From: Callorhinchus milii
Lineage: Eukaryota
NCBI RefSeq assembly: GCF_018977255.1
Contig: NW_024704742.1
Coordinates: 2,730,001-2,794,000 of the forward strand
Length of the DNA stretch: 64,000 nt
Direction: 5' to 3'
The notes beneath the pieces were generated by a model. It was not told the origin of the DNA and did no database searches. It worked only from the letters and a program-made list of their open reading frames with translations. Within the stretch, counting starts at the first letter, position 1, and each line of letters starts with the position of its first letter. Positions 51,736-64,000 of this stretch are shown here, one piece after another. Made by a program: the position numbers and the translations under genes.

Positions 51736-52731
51736 ACCCCCATATATATATATACACATATATGTGCGGATGTCTTTAAGCACCTCTCCCATGCTCGAGG
51801 ACAAGGAAAACAAACTGGTGTTATTCAATCAGTGATCTTTTTTCTCACCTTTGGCTTCCATCCTCTAATCTATTGTCACAGTCATTTATTTACCTCAAAC
51901 CTATATCTCTAAACCCTTCTAATTCAAGACTTGACCCGGTTCCCTTCCGAGTACCTTAACTGAGTCAAGATGTTATGTTATGTGGGGGTTGCTGTATGAA
52001 TTCATGCTGTTGTTGAGCCAACAAACACTGCTCTGGGCACGTCTAAGACTTAAACAGGGAAGACATGAATCAAGTTGCGTTTAGTTTTCGGGTTCTTTTG
52101 CTTATCTTTATCATATCTGCACGTTTTTCCATTCTGCTTTTGTAAACAATCAATTTTTTTTTTAAGATTGATTTTACCCATTACTTGAATCCGATACCAA
52201 GATTCAGACAGTTTATCCAACCAGTAGGTGAGTCGCGCAGACCAGAAAAGTACTCAGTTCAGCTCAAGGCCGATGTAAAGTTAGCTCTGATCCTTTGAAG
52301 CATTTTTTTTCCCCCTTTGTGCCATGTTTGATCGTTTCTCATTTTCCATTCTAGATAAAAGCTTTCTCCTTCTTTGTGGCTTAGATTTAAATTGCACTCT
52401 GCACAATGGAGCTTTAAAAGCATTCCATTAGTTACAAAATTAGTCATAAAAATGAAGCACCTGGAGAGTGTAATCATGACCTTCAAGTAGAACAATGCCT
52501 ACAAGCTCGGGAGGCTGAATTGCTCGGGCTCAAATACATCATAAATTTTGTTAATGGAAAATTGATGGGATTTCTAACGGACTTGCAAACTGTTGAAAGC
52601 AGCAACAGTGGGTTTTTTTTCTTTATTAAGCTTCGCAATCTATTTTTGGTGGATTTAATGCAGCCATCTGTTATTGGTTGTTTACTGAAGTTTGCACCGC
52701 AAACTGTATGATAACCTCAGTTATGGTCTAT

Positions 52732-52940
52732 AGATCACAAGAGACGTTGTGACGAAGAATGCCCTTCGGCCCCTTTGACCACATGCTTTCAGAATTTCCA
52801 ACCTCCTATGTTCTCATTACAGCGACAAGTTCTTAAATGAGTCCAGAGCCCTGGCTTTAATCACTCTTTGTGGTAACCCAACGCACCTATTAATCGTACT
52901 CTGTGTATAGATGTACTTTCTTGTGGCTATCTTGCAATGC
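52732..52940 (-). mobile_element. Old CR1 3' fragment of the same tail family
   Basis: gatcacaagagacgttgtgacgaagaatgcccttcggccc resembles the 31069 copy. Confidence 0.55.
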
Positions 52941-54089
52941 AAATTTACATTTACACACACCTTTTCACTTCAGGAGGGTGTCCAATTAACATTTTTAACT
53001 ATAAAATGTTCAACTTTCAGGTTGTCAGGTTTCCATGGACATTACTACCTACATGTGCCCTGTTTGCAAGCAGCATTGCAGTCCTATTTGTATATATTGC
53101 CCGTGCGCTACGCACACAGTGTGACGTGTGGTGACCCGACAACCCAGAACTCGGTCATTTTCGGACACTAGGAAAAAAAACTGTCTTTTTTTTAAAAAAA
53201 TACTTTCAGCCTTGACGATTTTTGTCCAATTTTGTGGAATATCGGAAAACAAAACCGCTTACCAATTCTTAGCGACTTCCACCAACTCCAAATACAAATC
53301 CATTCAAATAATCTTCAAATTGCTGCAAAATTTAGGAGATCCATAAGGATTATCATGGGAAATCTCATTATAAACACCCAACCAAAGATCACTAGTGCTA
53401 AAGAACAGCACATGGTGGAACTTGTTGTGCGCTGCGCTTGTGATGTGTGTCTTAGCCTCCCAAAGAACTGCACTAAGGCAGACAAGGCTAACTCCTTAAG
53501 ATTCCTGTGGACAGTTGAGAGAAGACTTTGAAAGTTCAATTTTATCTGATGGGACAATTTTGTGAACTTGATCTCAATCCCCCCCCCCACCTCCATCCCC
53601 AATCATTGACTTTAATCTAACTGAAACAAAGTTGGAAACTAGTTGTTGGGCTGATGCATTTGTTTTGTTAATGATTACCTCTTTAATTGGCAGCAGTTTA
53701 TCTGCCTGAGAGCTGTCAGCTTCGCAGCACTTAATCAGGGGCTGTGGATCTTAAACGTCCCGGTGTAGCTTTAGGCCTCTTGCTGTGTCTTGTAATGATC
53801 TAAATGCAGCTTGAACCGTTTTTCTTTCTGAAACATTGACGTTACTGACCTAACAATAGCTTTATCGTGCACTGTGGGGTGGCTGGAGTGATTTTTTGTT
53901 GTACGTTTCCTATTGCTCGGGGAAACTATCCCACAGTGGATGGTAGTCCCTATTACCGTGCAATTTTAATAAGAGGAAAAGCATCCATTTCATCCAGTAT
54001 ACAAAACTTTACCTTCGTGTTTATATATATATATATATATGGTTATATATAGCTTGTTGCTGGGGCTTGGCTTGAGTGCTCATGGGTGC

Positions 54090-54628
54090 AATGAGAAGAG
54101 GAGGCAGTTTCTGGAGAGCATCCTTAAAGCAAGAGTTGACACACATGCTCAGAAATCCTTGTAGCTTGATCAGGTCACCATACATCAGCAGTGCACAAGC
54201 CTACCTCGGGGTCATTGGCACTGCTGTCCTTCTGGTGGAGGGGAGCTAAACGGGGTCACCTTGATGCTGAGCTGGCTCCAAGGTGATATTCTTGACACCA
54301 GGATATTGGAAGCGAGTCAACCTTCTGTGGTGGTCTCAGTAGTTTGGTTTCTTAGCCAGGTGGGTCCACAGTACTCCAAAGCACTACTGATGACAGCTCA
54401 GTCCTCCGGGGGGGGGACACATGGCTTTTGCCAGCCTGTGCCTAAGACTTTTTGGAATTATGTAAGCAGGATATGTTCCTCCAGAGAGAGAGTGCACATT
54501 TCATTCCATAAGCAGAAGAATGTACGTGTGGGACGCATGGAACTCTGTATGGTTTGGAAACTCATAAGCATGGTGACAGGTTTCTGTACGTGTCAGACTG
54601 TCGGCTGACCCAAATAAAACACCTCTTC
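54090..54628 (+). mobile_element. Second copy of the old CCHC element
   Basis: WLQGDILDTRILEASQPSVVVSVVWFLSQ matches WQQGDILGKGILESSQPSMVFSVVRFLSQ; shared 3' UTR (ctccagagagagagtg…gggacgcatggaa…gtgtcagac…aataaaa). Confidence 0.7.
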
Positions 54629-56234
54629 TGATTACTGTGCTAAACATTTTGAATACTAGTCTGGACATTGTTGTTTTCTTTTGAGAAACGAAGAGAGCGG
54701 AGGCTCTTCTGTGTTTGTGTGTTCTGTGGAATAAATGTAAATTTAATGACACGAACGTCAGGATATTTTGTTCCGTTTTGGAAAGTTGAAACAATTTGCC
54801 CTTGTGCATTTGTACCAAACTCGACAAGGGTCAGCCTGGCTCCATTGGGAGCTGTCTTGCTTCTGAGTCAGAAGGTCGTGGGTTCAAGCATCAGGTTAGG
54901 AACTTTGAAACGCAGTCTAAGATGACACTTAGGGAAGGGATGGCCAACTTGGGGCCTGCAGATGATTTCTTCCGGCTCGAGACCATTTTCAACTACGGTC
55001 CGCTGCCTCCCTCCCTCCCTCCCTCCCTCCCTGGCTGAATCTTCCTCTCATGGCAGCAGCAGGATCTGGCAGTTGAGAGGGCACAGCGCGGGGAGTGGAA
55101 ATAATGCCAGCCATTTAGTTAAATTGTTTATTCACCTCCAGGCGGTTTTGTGGGACATTTCTGCATGCAAATTGGTTGCCGTGCTCGCCTGCAAACACCA
55201 AAACAGTAACTACTGCAAAGCACTTTCCAAGGTGACAGGACAATACATAAACTAGAAGAATGATTGATGTTATTTAAAATTATCAATAACGTGATATTCT
55301 AAATGTAAAATTTAATTTTACTCTAAAAACGAGACGTACTCGAGATTATGCACCGTCTATCGCTAAAAATACCGAATGGAGCATAAAGATGCTTTGTTCA
55401 AATCAACTAATTCACCACATGGGCTGGAATCAATCCCCTTCACTCCGCTAATGATGCTTATTTTCCTGAGCGTTCTCATAATTTTGTCCTTTATGAATAG
55501 ACAAGACAAAAATTCCCTTTATCTGCTATGCCTAATTGCTAATACTTTGTCTTTGTAAGGACAGTCATCAGCAAGTAATAGTCATTTAACATGCTGCAGA
55601 CTCACCCGTTTCCCCCCCACCACCCCCACCCCCCCCACCCCCCTTCCCCTCCAAGCATGAAAAGGTAGCCTAAAGCTTCTAATAAATCAGCTCGTGATGG
55701 TATGCTTGCAGCTTCACATTGCCGATATTTTTCATCATATTTCAAGAGCCGGTGAACTCAATCGCCTGCAGCTTTTGACATTGTAAAACCCGATTGGCGA
55801 CTTGTGGAGCTTTTAACAGAAGCGGCAGTCACACTCTGCGTTTTATCCAGTACTTTCAATCGCTTTAAATACGATCAGCTTGAAGCCAACACACCACATT
55901 GTGCAATACAGGTCTGCTTTTATGAATCATACGATGACCCGAAATACAGTGTATATTTCTAAACAAAATCAAGAGGAGATCTGTCGCTGGTAATTTCTTT
56001 TTGCCTTTTCAAGCTTTTTGCCTTGTCCCTGTTAACTTATTCTCCAAATTCCTCTCCTCTTCCCTTCTATCCTGAAGCATCTGATTCATTTTGCCTGTGT
56101 CTGGATACTGTTCTGCTGGAACGATTAGTTTCCCGAATCACTTCCGCGTGATCTTAATCGTGTGTGACCTTTCGACAGTGAGTGCTGGAGGCTCTCGCAG
56201 CCTTGCCCTACGGTCCACTTACGTGCATCTTTGC

Positions 56235-56400
56235 AGCAAGGGCTTGTGGTCGTGAACGGCAATCCTGGCTGATTGCTGCCTCCATAACCCAGGTCCACCG
56301 AGGTCTATTCCAATGCCCCAGTTAAGAACGGCTAACACAGACAGCACAGGCCAGGATTCCCACAACCTTCCCGCGCATGACGTAGTGTAACGTAAGGGAT
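56235..56400 (-). mobile_element. Possible ancient LF-SINE-like fragment
   Basis: cctggctgattg…taacccagg…ccgagg…ggctaacacagacagcacaggccaggatt resembles, from recall, LF-SINE-related shark SINEs. Confidence 0.35.
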
Positions 56401-57510
56401 GTTTGGATTGACCCATTGTTTTGCTGTACCAGTTGTGCATTAGCACATGGTCAGTGCGCACACAATTGCCAAGCGATCAGTTGCAGAACGCTTCTCGGTA
56501 CACCCTAGTTATGGGATCATACTGGTGTCGTCGGTGCTGTGTAAAAGCCACATTGCTCATCAGGGAGATCTTGATCTTGTGGAAGATGCAACGCAAGTGG
56601 ACCTTAGGGCGTGGCTGAGAGAGCGTCACGCACTCGCTCTCTAAACTCACACACGATCAGGATTATGTGGGAGTGAAACAGGAAATTGCTCTGTCCAGAC
56701 AAAGCAAAATGCATCAGATGCTTTACCATAAAAGGAAGAAGGGAGAAGAGTTAACAGGGACGGAGATCTTGACCAGCTCCTCCTGCTGATGGCCATGAGG
56801 AGGACACAATGTGGAATAAAATGCTCGAGAACAACATACACTTCTATGGCACACTTCATTCAGGATAAAATCTCGGCGTGCTCTGCAGAGACAGGGTCTG
56901 ACACCGAGAGTGGGGTGAAGGGGAGGTGTCCAAAGGTATGGTTGATGAGGTTGGATTTAAGGCGAGATTTAAAGGCAGATGGAGATGAGGTAGAGGGAAA
57001 GAGATCCAGAGGTTAGAGATGTAGAATCTAAAATTTGCCCATCGATAATAGCACAAAGAGAGCGAGTGGCCTTGGAATTCGTCACTCCATTTTTCTCTGA
57101 TGGACTCACACCATGTTCAATCTCCACCATGTCTTATGCCTGTTGGGTTGTCTGCTTTCTGACAATTCATATAATGCCTCTGGTGCCAATGGTATCGTTC
57201 CTATTGTCCTTGAAATGTGCCACTGAAATTCATCTCTTCAGCCATTACAGCTCCCAATCCACATCTTATCCTCCTTTAGAAATTTGCTAACGTTCATCTT
57301 ATCTCTGAGAAAGATGATCTATTTTAGCCCTGAAGCCACTTACCTATTGACCATAACTCCATGATATTTAAAGTAGCGCAAGTGAGATTAACTGTCAAAT
57401 TACTTATTCCAGCCCGATACACCACTGCAATGGTTTTTTTAACACAGCTGTTCTGCTTGTAGTTGTGCTTATGCAACGCACCTCTGAAATTCTGTTTTTT
57501 AACGCTTCTG

Positions 57511-58270
57511 GTTTCATTTGTCATCGCCTTGAAAATCTTCAAAGCCTGTCACAGGGTTTGATGCCAAGTGTTCCTAAAGACATTACCCTCTTATTGTCTT
57601 CCACCAAAGTATGGTCATGGCTATCTCGTTTCCTCCCAAATCGTTTTATCTGCGGTGTAGCTGCAGTTCATCATCTGATTAGAGAGGTAGATTAGTTTTA
57701 CACGAGGGGCTCTGGTTTGCACCCATCATATTCCTTTTCCACATCAGTGACATCCTCCACTCATCATTCAATATTATCTCTTCTTGTTCTGATAGATCCA
57801 CTCTGCGTCCATCAGCTGCCTTCAGATCACACACCATTTATTCCTCTTGCAGTAGCTGAATCACGAGCTCCCTGATCTCATCCGTGTCCCTTGGCGGGAC
57901 ATTGCAAGTCTTCATTCTTTCAGTTCTTCAGACAATAGCTTATTTCTTGCAAGTCTAACCAGTCACCCACACTTCTTACCTTTGATGACTTCCCTCTTAA
58001 TCCTCCTTCATCTATCATCATTCCTGGCCTCTCTACCTTTCTTCTGATTACAAATGGAATGCTCTGTTCCAATGCTGATTCAGGTCCCTGGAGTATCAGC
58101 ATAGACTAAGTTCATGTCCTAACATGAGCTTGAATCTGCTGCCTGTACTCCCTTCAAAAACCCGTTTGGCTCTTTCAAACCGAACGCTTATTTTCTTCTC
58201 ATTAACATTTAGTGTTTTATAAATTCCAAGTAAATGTCCTGACAATGCAACGTTCGCCTCGAGTATCAGC
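57511..58270 (+). mobile_element. Degenerate CR1/jockey-group reverse-transcriptase fragment
   Basis: Frameshifted VSFVIALKIFKACHRV*…LPSY…WSWLSRFLPNRFIC…GS…PIIFLFHISDILHSSFNIISSCSDRSTL, corresponding to the LDISKAFDRVW, QGSVLxP and YADDSTL motifs. Confidence 0.75.
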
Positions 58271-60479
58271 GACGACTTTGAGCTCAAAAATCCTGGACAA
58301 GGGGCTTGAACCTACAACCTTCTGATCTAGAGGCGAGTGCTGAGCTGAAGGCTTTTTACTCCGAGCTAGTCTCCACTCACCATGAACACTATGCACTTAT
58401 CTTTTGTCTGAGGTTACCAGAGGTAGTAGAACTGTTGTCTGTAGGATGGTATTGCAGTAGTAATGGAAAACAGGTCTAAGGGCTGTAAAAGAGCAGAAAA
58501 TCAAGCGTAAATACAGATTATAAATGAAAAGATATTTCAACCAAATCAGTGTTCCCATGCTAAATATTGCAGAAGATGCTCTATATTTACCATCACGTCA
58601 ATATAGTTGCCAATACAGCAGCAATTTCAGGAACTAAGTGGCCTCAAATCATTATAATGTTGGTCTATTTCATCAAAACTACTGAAAAAAAAGCACTGTT
58701 TTCCATTAAACCTTTGTAACTAGAAATTGCATTATAAAGACTTGGAGAAGGTTGGAGTTTTCAGCTATCAGAGTTTGTTAGACTGCAGTGTCCCTTTGAA
58801 TATCTTTTCTCCCTTATTTAAATCATCAGATCACAGGATTATTGAGTTGGAGCTATTTCTGAAATTGGTAATTGTTTTTGACCACACGTTCGGTACAATT
58901 TCCCACTCTTTAGTGCAGGAACACAATTAAAATTGTTGGACGAAGGCAATTTGATTATCATGCTGCAATATGCACTGCGCACAGAAAGTCCTGGTAATGA
59001 ACAACAGACTCAACTTGCAGTAATCATGTCACCATCATTAATCCTCTACTGTGGGCGTTATCCCTCCCAAAAGGTTATGGAGTGCACCGGTAGACACTAC
59101 ACTGACAGGACAAACATAGAACAAGAATAATACAGGATACAGCTCCTGCGTAGCTTTGAACCCAGACCGTCAGAGTACAAATAATTCTTCATAAAGCAGA
59201 AATCTCAAACATTTATTTTCATGAAAATTGGGTCTGTCGAGCCATGTGACAATGACCCTTGTTGTTATTTATGATGATTTAGCTTTCCGTAATACTGACA
59301 AGAAAGCCAGTCGCTGCTTCTTGTTTCCTAAATTAAAAGTCCCTGTCCAATTATTTTGGTAACATGCCTCTCCCGGTTTATGCTTCACTAAAAGCTCAGT
59401 TGCCCATTAACTGAAATCTCATTACGAGGGTTTCATAATCGTATTTAAACAGGGCAAGGCCACTGGTAACATCCCCTTAATACGATTTGTACGGCCAGGA
59501 ATAGGATTTGACTGCCCGACCCAGGGCGAGAAAATTTGCCGCAAGTAAAATCCTGACAAAAACCACAGAGTGGATCCCGTTTCAGTCATTAACCTGCTCA
59601 CTGCTAAACGTTCTTTCTCTCCAGTTTTCACTCTCCAGCTGGGCATGCTGATGTCAGAGTTCTTGGCGTCCGACAGGGAGAGAGTTTAGTACGTTCGAGA
59701 CACTCTATAAATGTTGTGTTCAAGAAAACAAATGTTTATGATGTCGGTGAGAGTTTAGAGCCTTCCTTGTGGCAAGGCGGTGTTTATAGTTTACTGGTGT
59801 ATAAATTGCAAGTGTGTAAAAGAGCAAGGACTCTCACGGGACTGTTATTGTCCAGTAAGAACAGTAGCCAATTTTAACCTTGTCCACAACTTCAACAACA
59901 AATTGCACTTATTAGTAGGGCCCTGATATAATGGCAGAGTTGGAGATCTATAAATCACGGGAGCCTGTGGTCACTTGACTGGTGACGTCACTGCAGATGT
60001 ACCCGGAAAGTCAGCCAGCACACGTTCAGTGCTAAATACAAGCTGACTTCCAGCATTACTAGCTGGGGTCCTGTGCATGTGCGCATCAAGCCATCAACCT
60101 TGCAATGCCCAATCTAACCTACGTAGGTCAACAGTGCATCATCACTTCCTTTGCATACACAACGCACAGGATGTAGTGTTGGCCGCAACTTGATGACCCA
60201 GAAGTCACCCATTTTGTAGTGTAAGTGAAGCCTCCCATGGATCTACCGACTGCATGTCTGATAAGCAAACCTGTCAGATAACAAAGTGCAAAGGCAGAGT
60301 GCGTGCCTGTGTTTAGAGAGATGGAGCGGGGGGGAGGGGCATTGGTGACTGAAGGTGCAGTCAAAGTGTTTGACCATTGGACAGGTTTTGAAAGCAAAGT
60401 GGGAATGGGAAGAGGCAAAGAAATGTAGAACTTATCCAGGCTTTTATGTGCAGCAGGCCATCTATCAAAGCAGCAGTAG

Positions 60480-60850
60480 TCCTGGAGTCAGGGGAGAGGA
60501 TAGACATTTTGGGTGGTTAGGTACGTATATAGGAGACAGATTGCATAGCTGCAGATAATGTCACCAAGGGGGAGCATGTAACGGAGGGAAAGTGAGGACC
60601 GAGGATAGAGTCTCGAGGTGGCCTTGCAGGGGCAAAAGGGGAAAATGTTTGAAGAGACAAAGTGAAGACAACGAGGCAGGTAGAAGTGAAATAGCGCAGT
60701 GCCACGGAGATGTATCAGGGAGAGGGATGAAGTGGTCAACTGAGTCGGCAGAGGGACTGGGGAAGGCAAGGCAAGGAAAGGCAGGGAGGTCTGGTTGCAG
60801 ACAGAGAGGACGGCGTTTGTGACTTTGATCAGGAAAGTCAGTTTGAAGGT
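60480..60850 (-). mobile_element. L2 reverse-transcriptase fragment
   Basis: Frameshifted minus-strand GTAL…SILGP…YMLPLGDII, matching the L2 RT QGSILGP/YMLPLGDII region. Confidence 0.7.
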
Positions 60851-61706
60851 TAAAAATTTGAAGGGGTGGAGGGAATCTTACATAAAATCTGTAGCAACGT
60901 TCATCAAGTTAAAACTCTATTCCACAGAGATGATTAGTAGGACAGAGGGCAAAATTGTACTATTCCTAAAAGCCTCCCATTCCTTACTTATCACCGAGGA
61001 TAATTAAGGAATGCTTAACGACAGTGCTTAATGACAGGTTTGGGACTGAACAGTCTCCTGACTGGGATTGATTTCTTTCCCTTCTCATCCTCATTTTTTA
61101 AAAACCATCGCCTGAAATGCTGATTCCGAGTGGTAAAAAAAAATTTTTTGTTGTTTTTTTTTGCAACTTGGACATTTTTAACCTTTGAAATTAATTTCGA
61201 GGCAGGAGCTGGCAGGGAAAAATATGAGTGTGAAATCTGCTTTCGCCACAGGCCGATTAAAGACTCCTCAAGAGCGCTGTGAAAAAATTGGATACGTTTC
61301 CTGACTTACGGAATTTCACCCTCACTAGTTCTGGTAACCTTCAATACTCCTTGGACGTCAGCGTTAAGCATGATCTCCCCAGTGTGCTCAATAAGGGAAG
61401 TAGTCAGTATATACTCGCTTCAAATCTGGAGACGTTTCTGAAATAACCTTCACTAAGTAGGTCGGCACCAATATTTGGAAATAGTCTTTTTTTTTTTTTT
61501 TGCAGGTCTTAAACCTTGTTGACCGGCAGGTTTCGTGGCTTTTGATACGGTTTCTTAGGTGTGTGAATTCCCCGCTCATTGCGCCCGGGCTAATCCACAA
61601 ACAAAAATCATATTTCGATAAAACTATAAAAGATAACGTTCACACTCACAACAGATTCCCCCTTGGGTTGTCTGCCTTACACTACTTTCACTGGTTTATT
61701 GTTTGA

Positions 61707-61900
61707 CCTCTCTCTCCCTCCCTCCCTCCCTCACCCTGTTCAAAGTCTGTCTCAAGACCTATGTCTTTGACCGTGCTTTTGGTCACTTTCCCCTCCCCAT
61801 TCTCCTTGGCTGCCACCTGCAGCTCTGATCCCGAACCAGGTCTGTTAAGCATCTTGGGACGTCCTCCCAACGTGAAAACGCTATGTAGATGTAAAATTTC
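61707..61900 (+). mobile_element. L2 LINE 3' fragment
   Basis: tctcaagacctatgtctttgaccgtgctttt (LKTYxFDRAF) and ttgggacgtcctcccaacgtgaaaacgctatg stem-loop. Confidence 0.75.
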
Positions 61901-62422
61901 CATGGTATATTGTGAAAAGGTGCAAGGACTCAGAGAATTGATGTTTCCCCCGCAAAAAATACATCTGTAGCTTTCAGCCACTGAATTTCCCCAACCCGCT
62001 GAGCCCCATGTGTGGTCTCCGCAAATTGTTAGTCGATTTTGATCACTGACACCTCAGCAATCTGTGTCTGGGCGGTGATTTCTCCTGTTTGTGTGACTAT
62101 CTTACTGTCTTAGGCAGCGTTGGGAAGTCACCAATGTTATTTGGGGGTATTATTGGTCACCGGCAGAAACTTCCTCTTTTTGACTAGTGAAGTGAAGTAT
62201 CAGCGTAGAGTGTATATAACCTTTCTGGAAAGGTTAAATCGTTTCCCATTTAGTCTCCCTCTTGGCTGGAGTAGAAGGCAATGAACTTGCTATCAGGATG
62301 TTTGGCCCATCCATGCATGAGATTGCACAAAAAGCCGGGAGTAATTCTCCCTCAGCCTTTACTGTCTCTCTCTCTCGAGTGGCAACGCTTTGGTTCCTCT
62401 GTGTGACGGAATAACTGACCTG

Positions 62423-62754
62423 AATAATAATAATAATAATAATCCTTGCATTTGATATAGCGGTTTTCACGTCTTCTCGAAGTCTCAAAGCGCTTCACCG
62501 AATAGACTGTAAAGTGAATTAGTCAATTGACTGTATATTTGTGGGCGAAATGCGGCAGCCAATTGCGCACGGCAGCGTCCCCACAAACAGCCGTAGATTG
62601 AAGCGACCAATTTATTATTGGGTTTTTTTTCTTGAGGGATTATTGTTAGGCGTGTGGCGTACGTAAACTTGCCCAAGGTTTCACCCTGCCGGGAATCGAA
62701 CCCAGGTCTCTCGCTTGCAAAGCGAGCGCTCTAACCACTGAGCTACAGGACTCC
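62423..62754 (-). mobile_element. Full-length young tRNA-Ala-derived SINE
   Basis: Reverse complement of the family consensus with a TGC anticodon arm and a (AAT)n tail at the left. Confidence 0.92.
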
Positions 62755-63744
62755 ACTGCAAGACGCTGGAACTCCAAGATGCCACCCCTTCCCTTCAATC
62801 TAAATTTAATTTGCTTTCCTCCCCCTCCACCCTCCATCCATCGTGATAATTCAAAAAAAATGTAAAAATCACAATTTTCTTCCAATTTCCATGCCAGTCT
62901 CAGTTCTCATCGCAAATTATCATCTGACATATGAAGGCTTTCAGGCAATTGGATGCCTGTGACTGATTAATATGGACAGGAGGTGTAACGGAGATGGATG
63001 CTGCAGAGCATATTCGGACCCAAAATTCATCGACCTAATTCATTTTAATTTGTAGAATTAATGCTGTGGGGAATGCCTCGACACTCTAGCAAAGACTGCT
63101 GCACACGCTTTTTATTAGCAAGTTATCTCCGCAGAGGATTTCACGCTTTAGCGCACGAGAATCAGCATAGCGAAAACCTACAAGAAGCCGTGGTTTTTTT
63201 CAGGCAGCCCCCGAAACAGTGAAAACGAGACGCCTTAATCTGGAGAGGTCATCCAAAGCATCGTATTTGGTCTGATTCAAGCCCTTGTCCAGACTGAATA
63301 TACTCATTGAGATTCAGTCTGATCTGAGGTCGCAGACCTGAGCTGTCACGCAGGAGAATCGGTGTGTGCCTTCACTGATGCGTTTCCATCGCAAAGACAT
63401 CTCCAGGAAGCCCTTTCAGTCAATGGATTTCTCGCTCACAAAGTCCCATGTACGGTCTCTGCCCTTTGTGAACCCGAGAGCTAGTCGTACTTAATCGCTG
63501 GAGCCTCAGCAGTCGGGGTGGTGTTTTCTTCCCCTCTGTCTTGCGGCAACATTGAGCGGGTCACGTTGAGGAGCTCCAGTGGGCAAACTGGGAAGTTTAC
63601 TGGCGCTCTTGGTTATATAATCTCACCTCTGAGTCGGAAGGTTGTGGGTTCAAGGCACCTCGTCAATATGGCATCATTCATTTTTTGACCATGTCTCAGA
63701 GGGCTCGATACTGCTCCCCGGCGGTCCGAGCTGGGGAGAGAGCT

Positions 63745-64000
63745 AAAGGAGGTGGTGGTTGGCGGGGTGGGGGAGAAGATGATATCAACTATGGTCAAAG
63801 AGATGCATCTTGAGATGAACCTTGAATGAGATGAGAGAGGGATATAAGAGTTGGAGGAATTCTGAAACGGTGTTGCAGAGAGCGGGGGGGGGTCAAAATC
63901 GCTGAAAGCCTACCCGCTGATGGTGGGGCAGGTAGGGTCGGGGACATGAAGCAGACTCTCTGAGCAAAGGGAATGACTGGGTAGATCGGGTCGAAGCAGG
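63745..64000 (-). mobile_element. Old L2 3' fragment running off the window end
   Basis: atggtcaaagagatgcatcttgag…gctgaaagcctacccgctgatgg (GRAFS motif on the minus strand). Confidence 0.65.

Overview
Eukaryotic (vertebrate) intronic DNA, most likely from a cartilaginous fish. The dominant tRNA-derived SINE resembles, from recall, SINE2-1_CM of the holocephalan Callorhinchus milii. The only well-supported host gene is on the + strand: two internal coding exons, 11433-11586 and 39761-39876, separated by a 28.2-kb GT-AG intron. They splice in frame to give PGPGxY-type (SHIPPO/PG-rich) repeats typical of STPG2. The rest is intron filled with retroelements: a young tRNA-Ala-headed SINE in two length variants, an older Deu-domain SINE, L2 and CR1 LINE fragments (some nested), a four-copy old element with a CCHC C-terminus, two pieces of an unusual invertebrate-type CR1/jockey RT, a Myb/SANT-like (Harbinger-type) remnant, microsatellites and several TAAT/octamer-rich blocks that look like conserved non-coding elements. 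Almost all ORFs in the supplied track are repeat-derived or spurious. I found no prokaryotic features and no clearly novel biological system. The best leads are TE evolution (SINE head swap, covarying L2/SINE 3' stem-loop, possible horizontally acquired LINE) and a CpG-rich promoter-like island with antisense exon-like pieces at the left end. Repeat boundaries were set by eye and are approximate; family names come from recalled motifs, not database searches.
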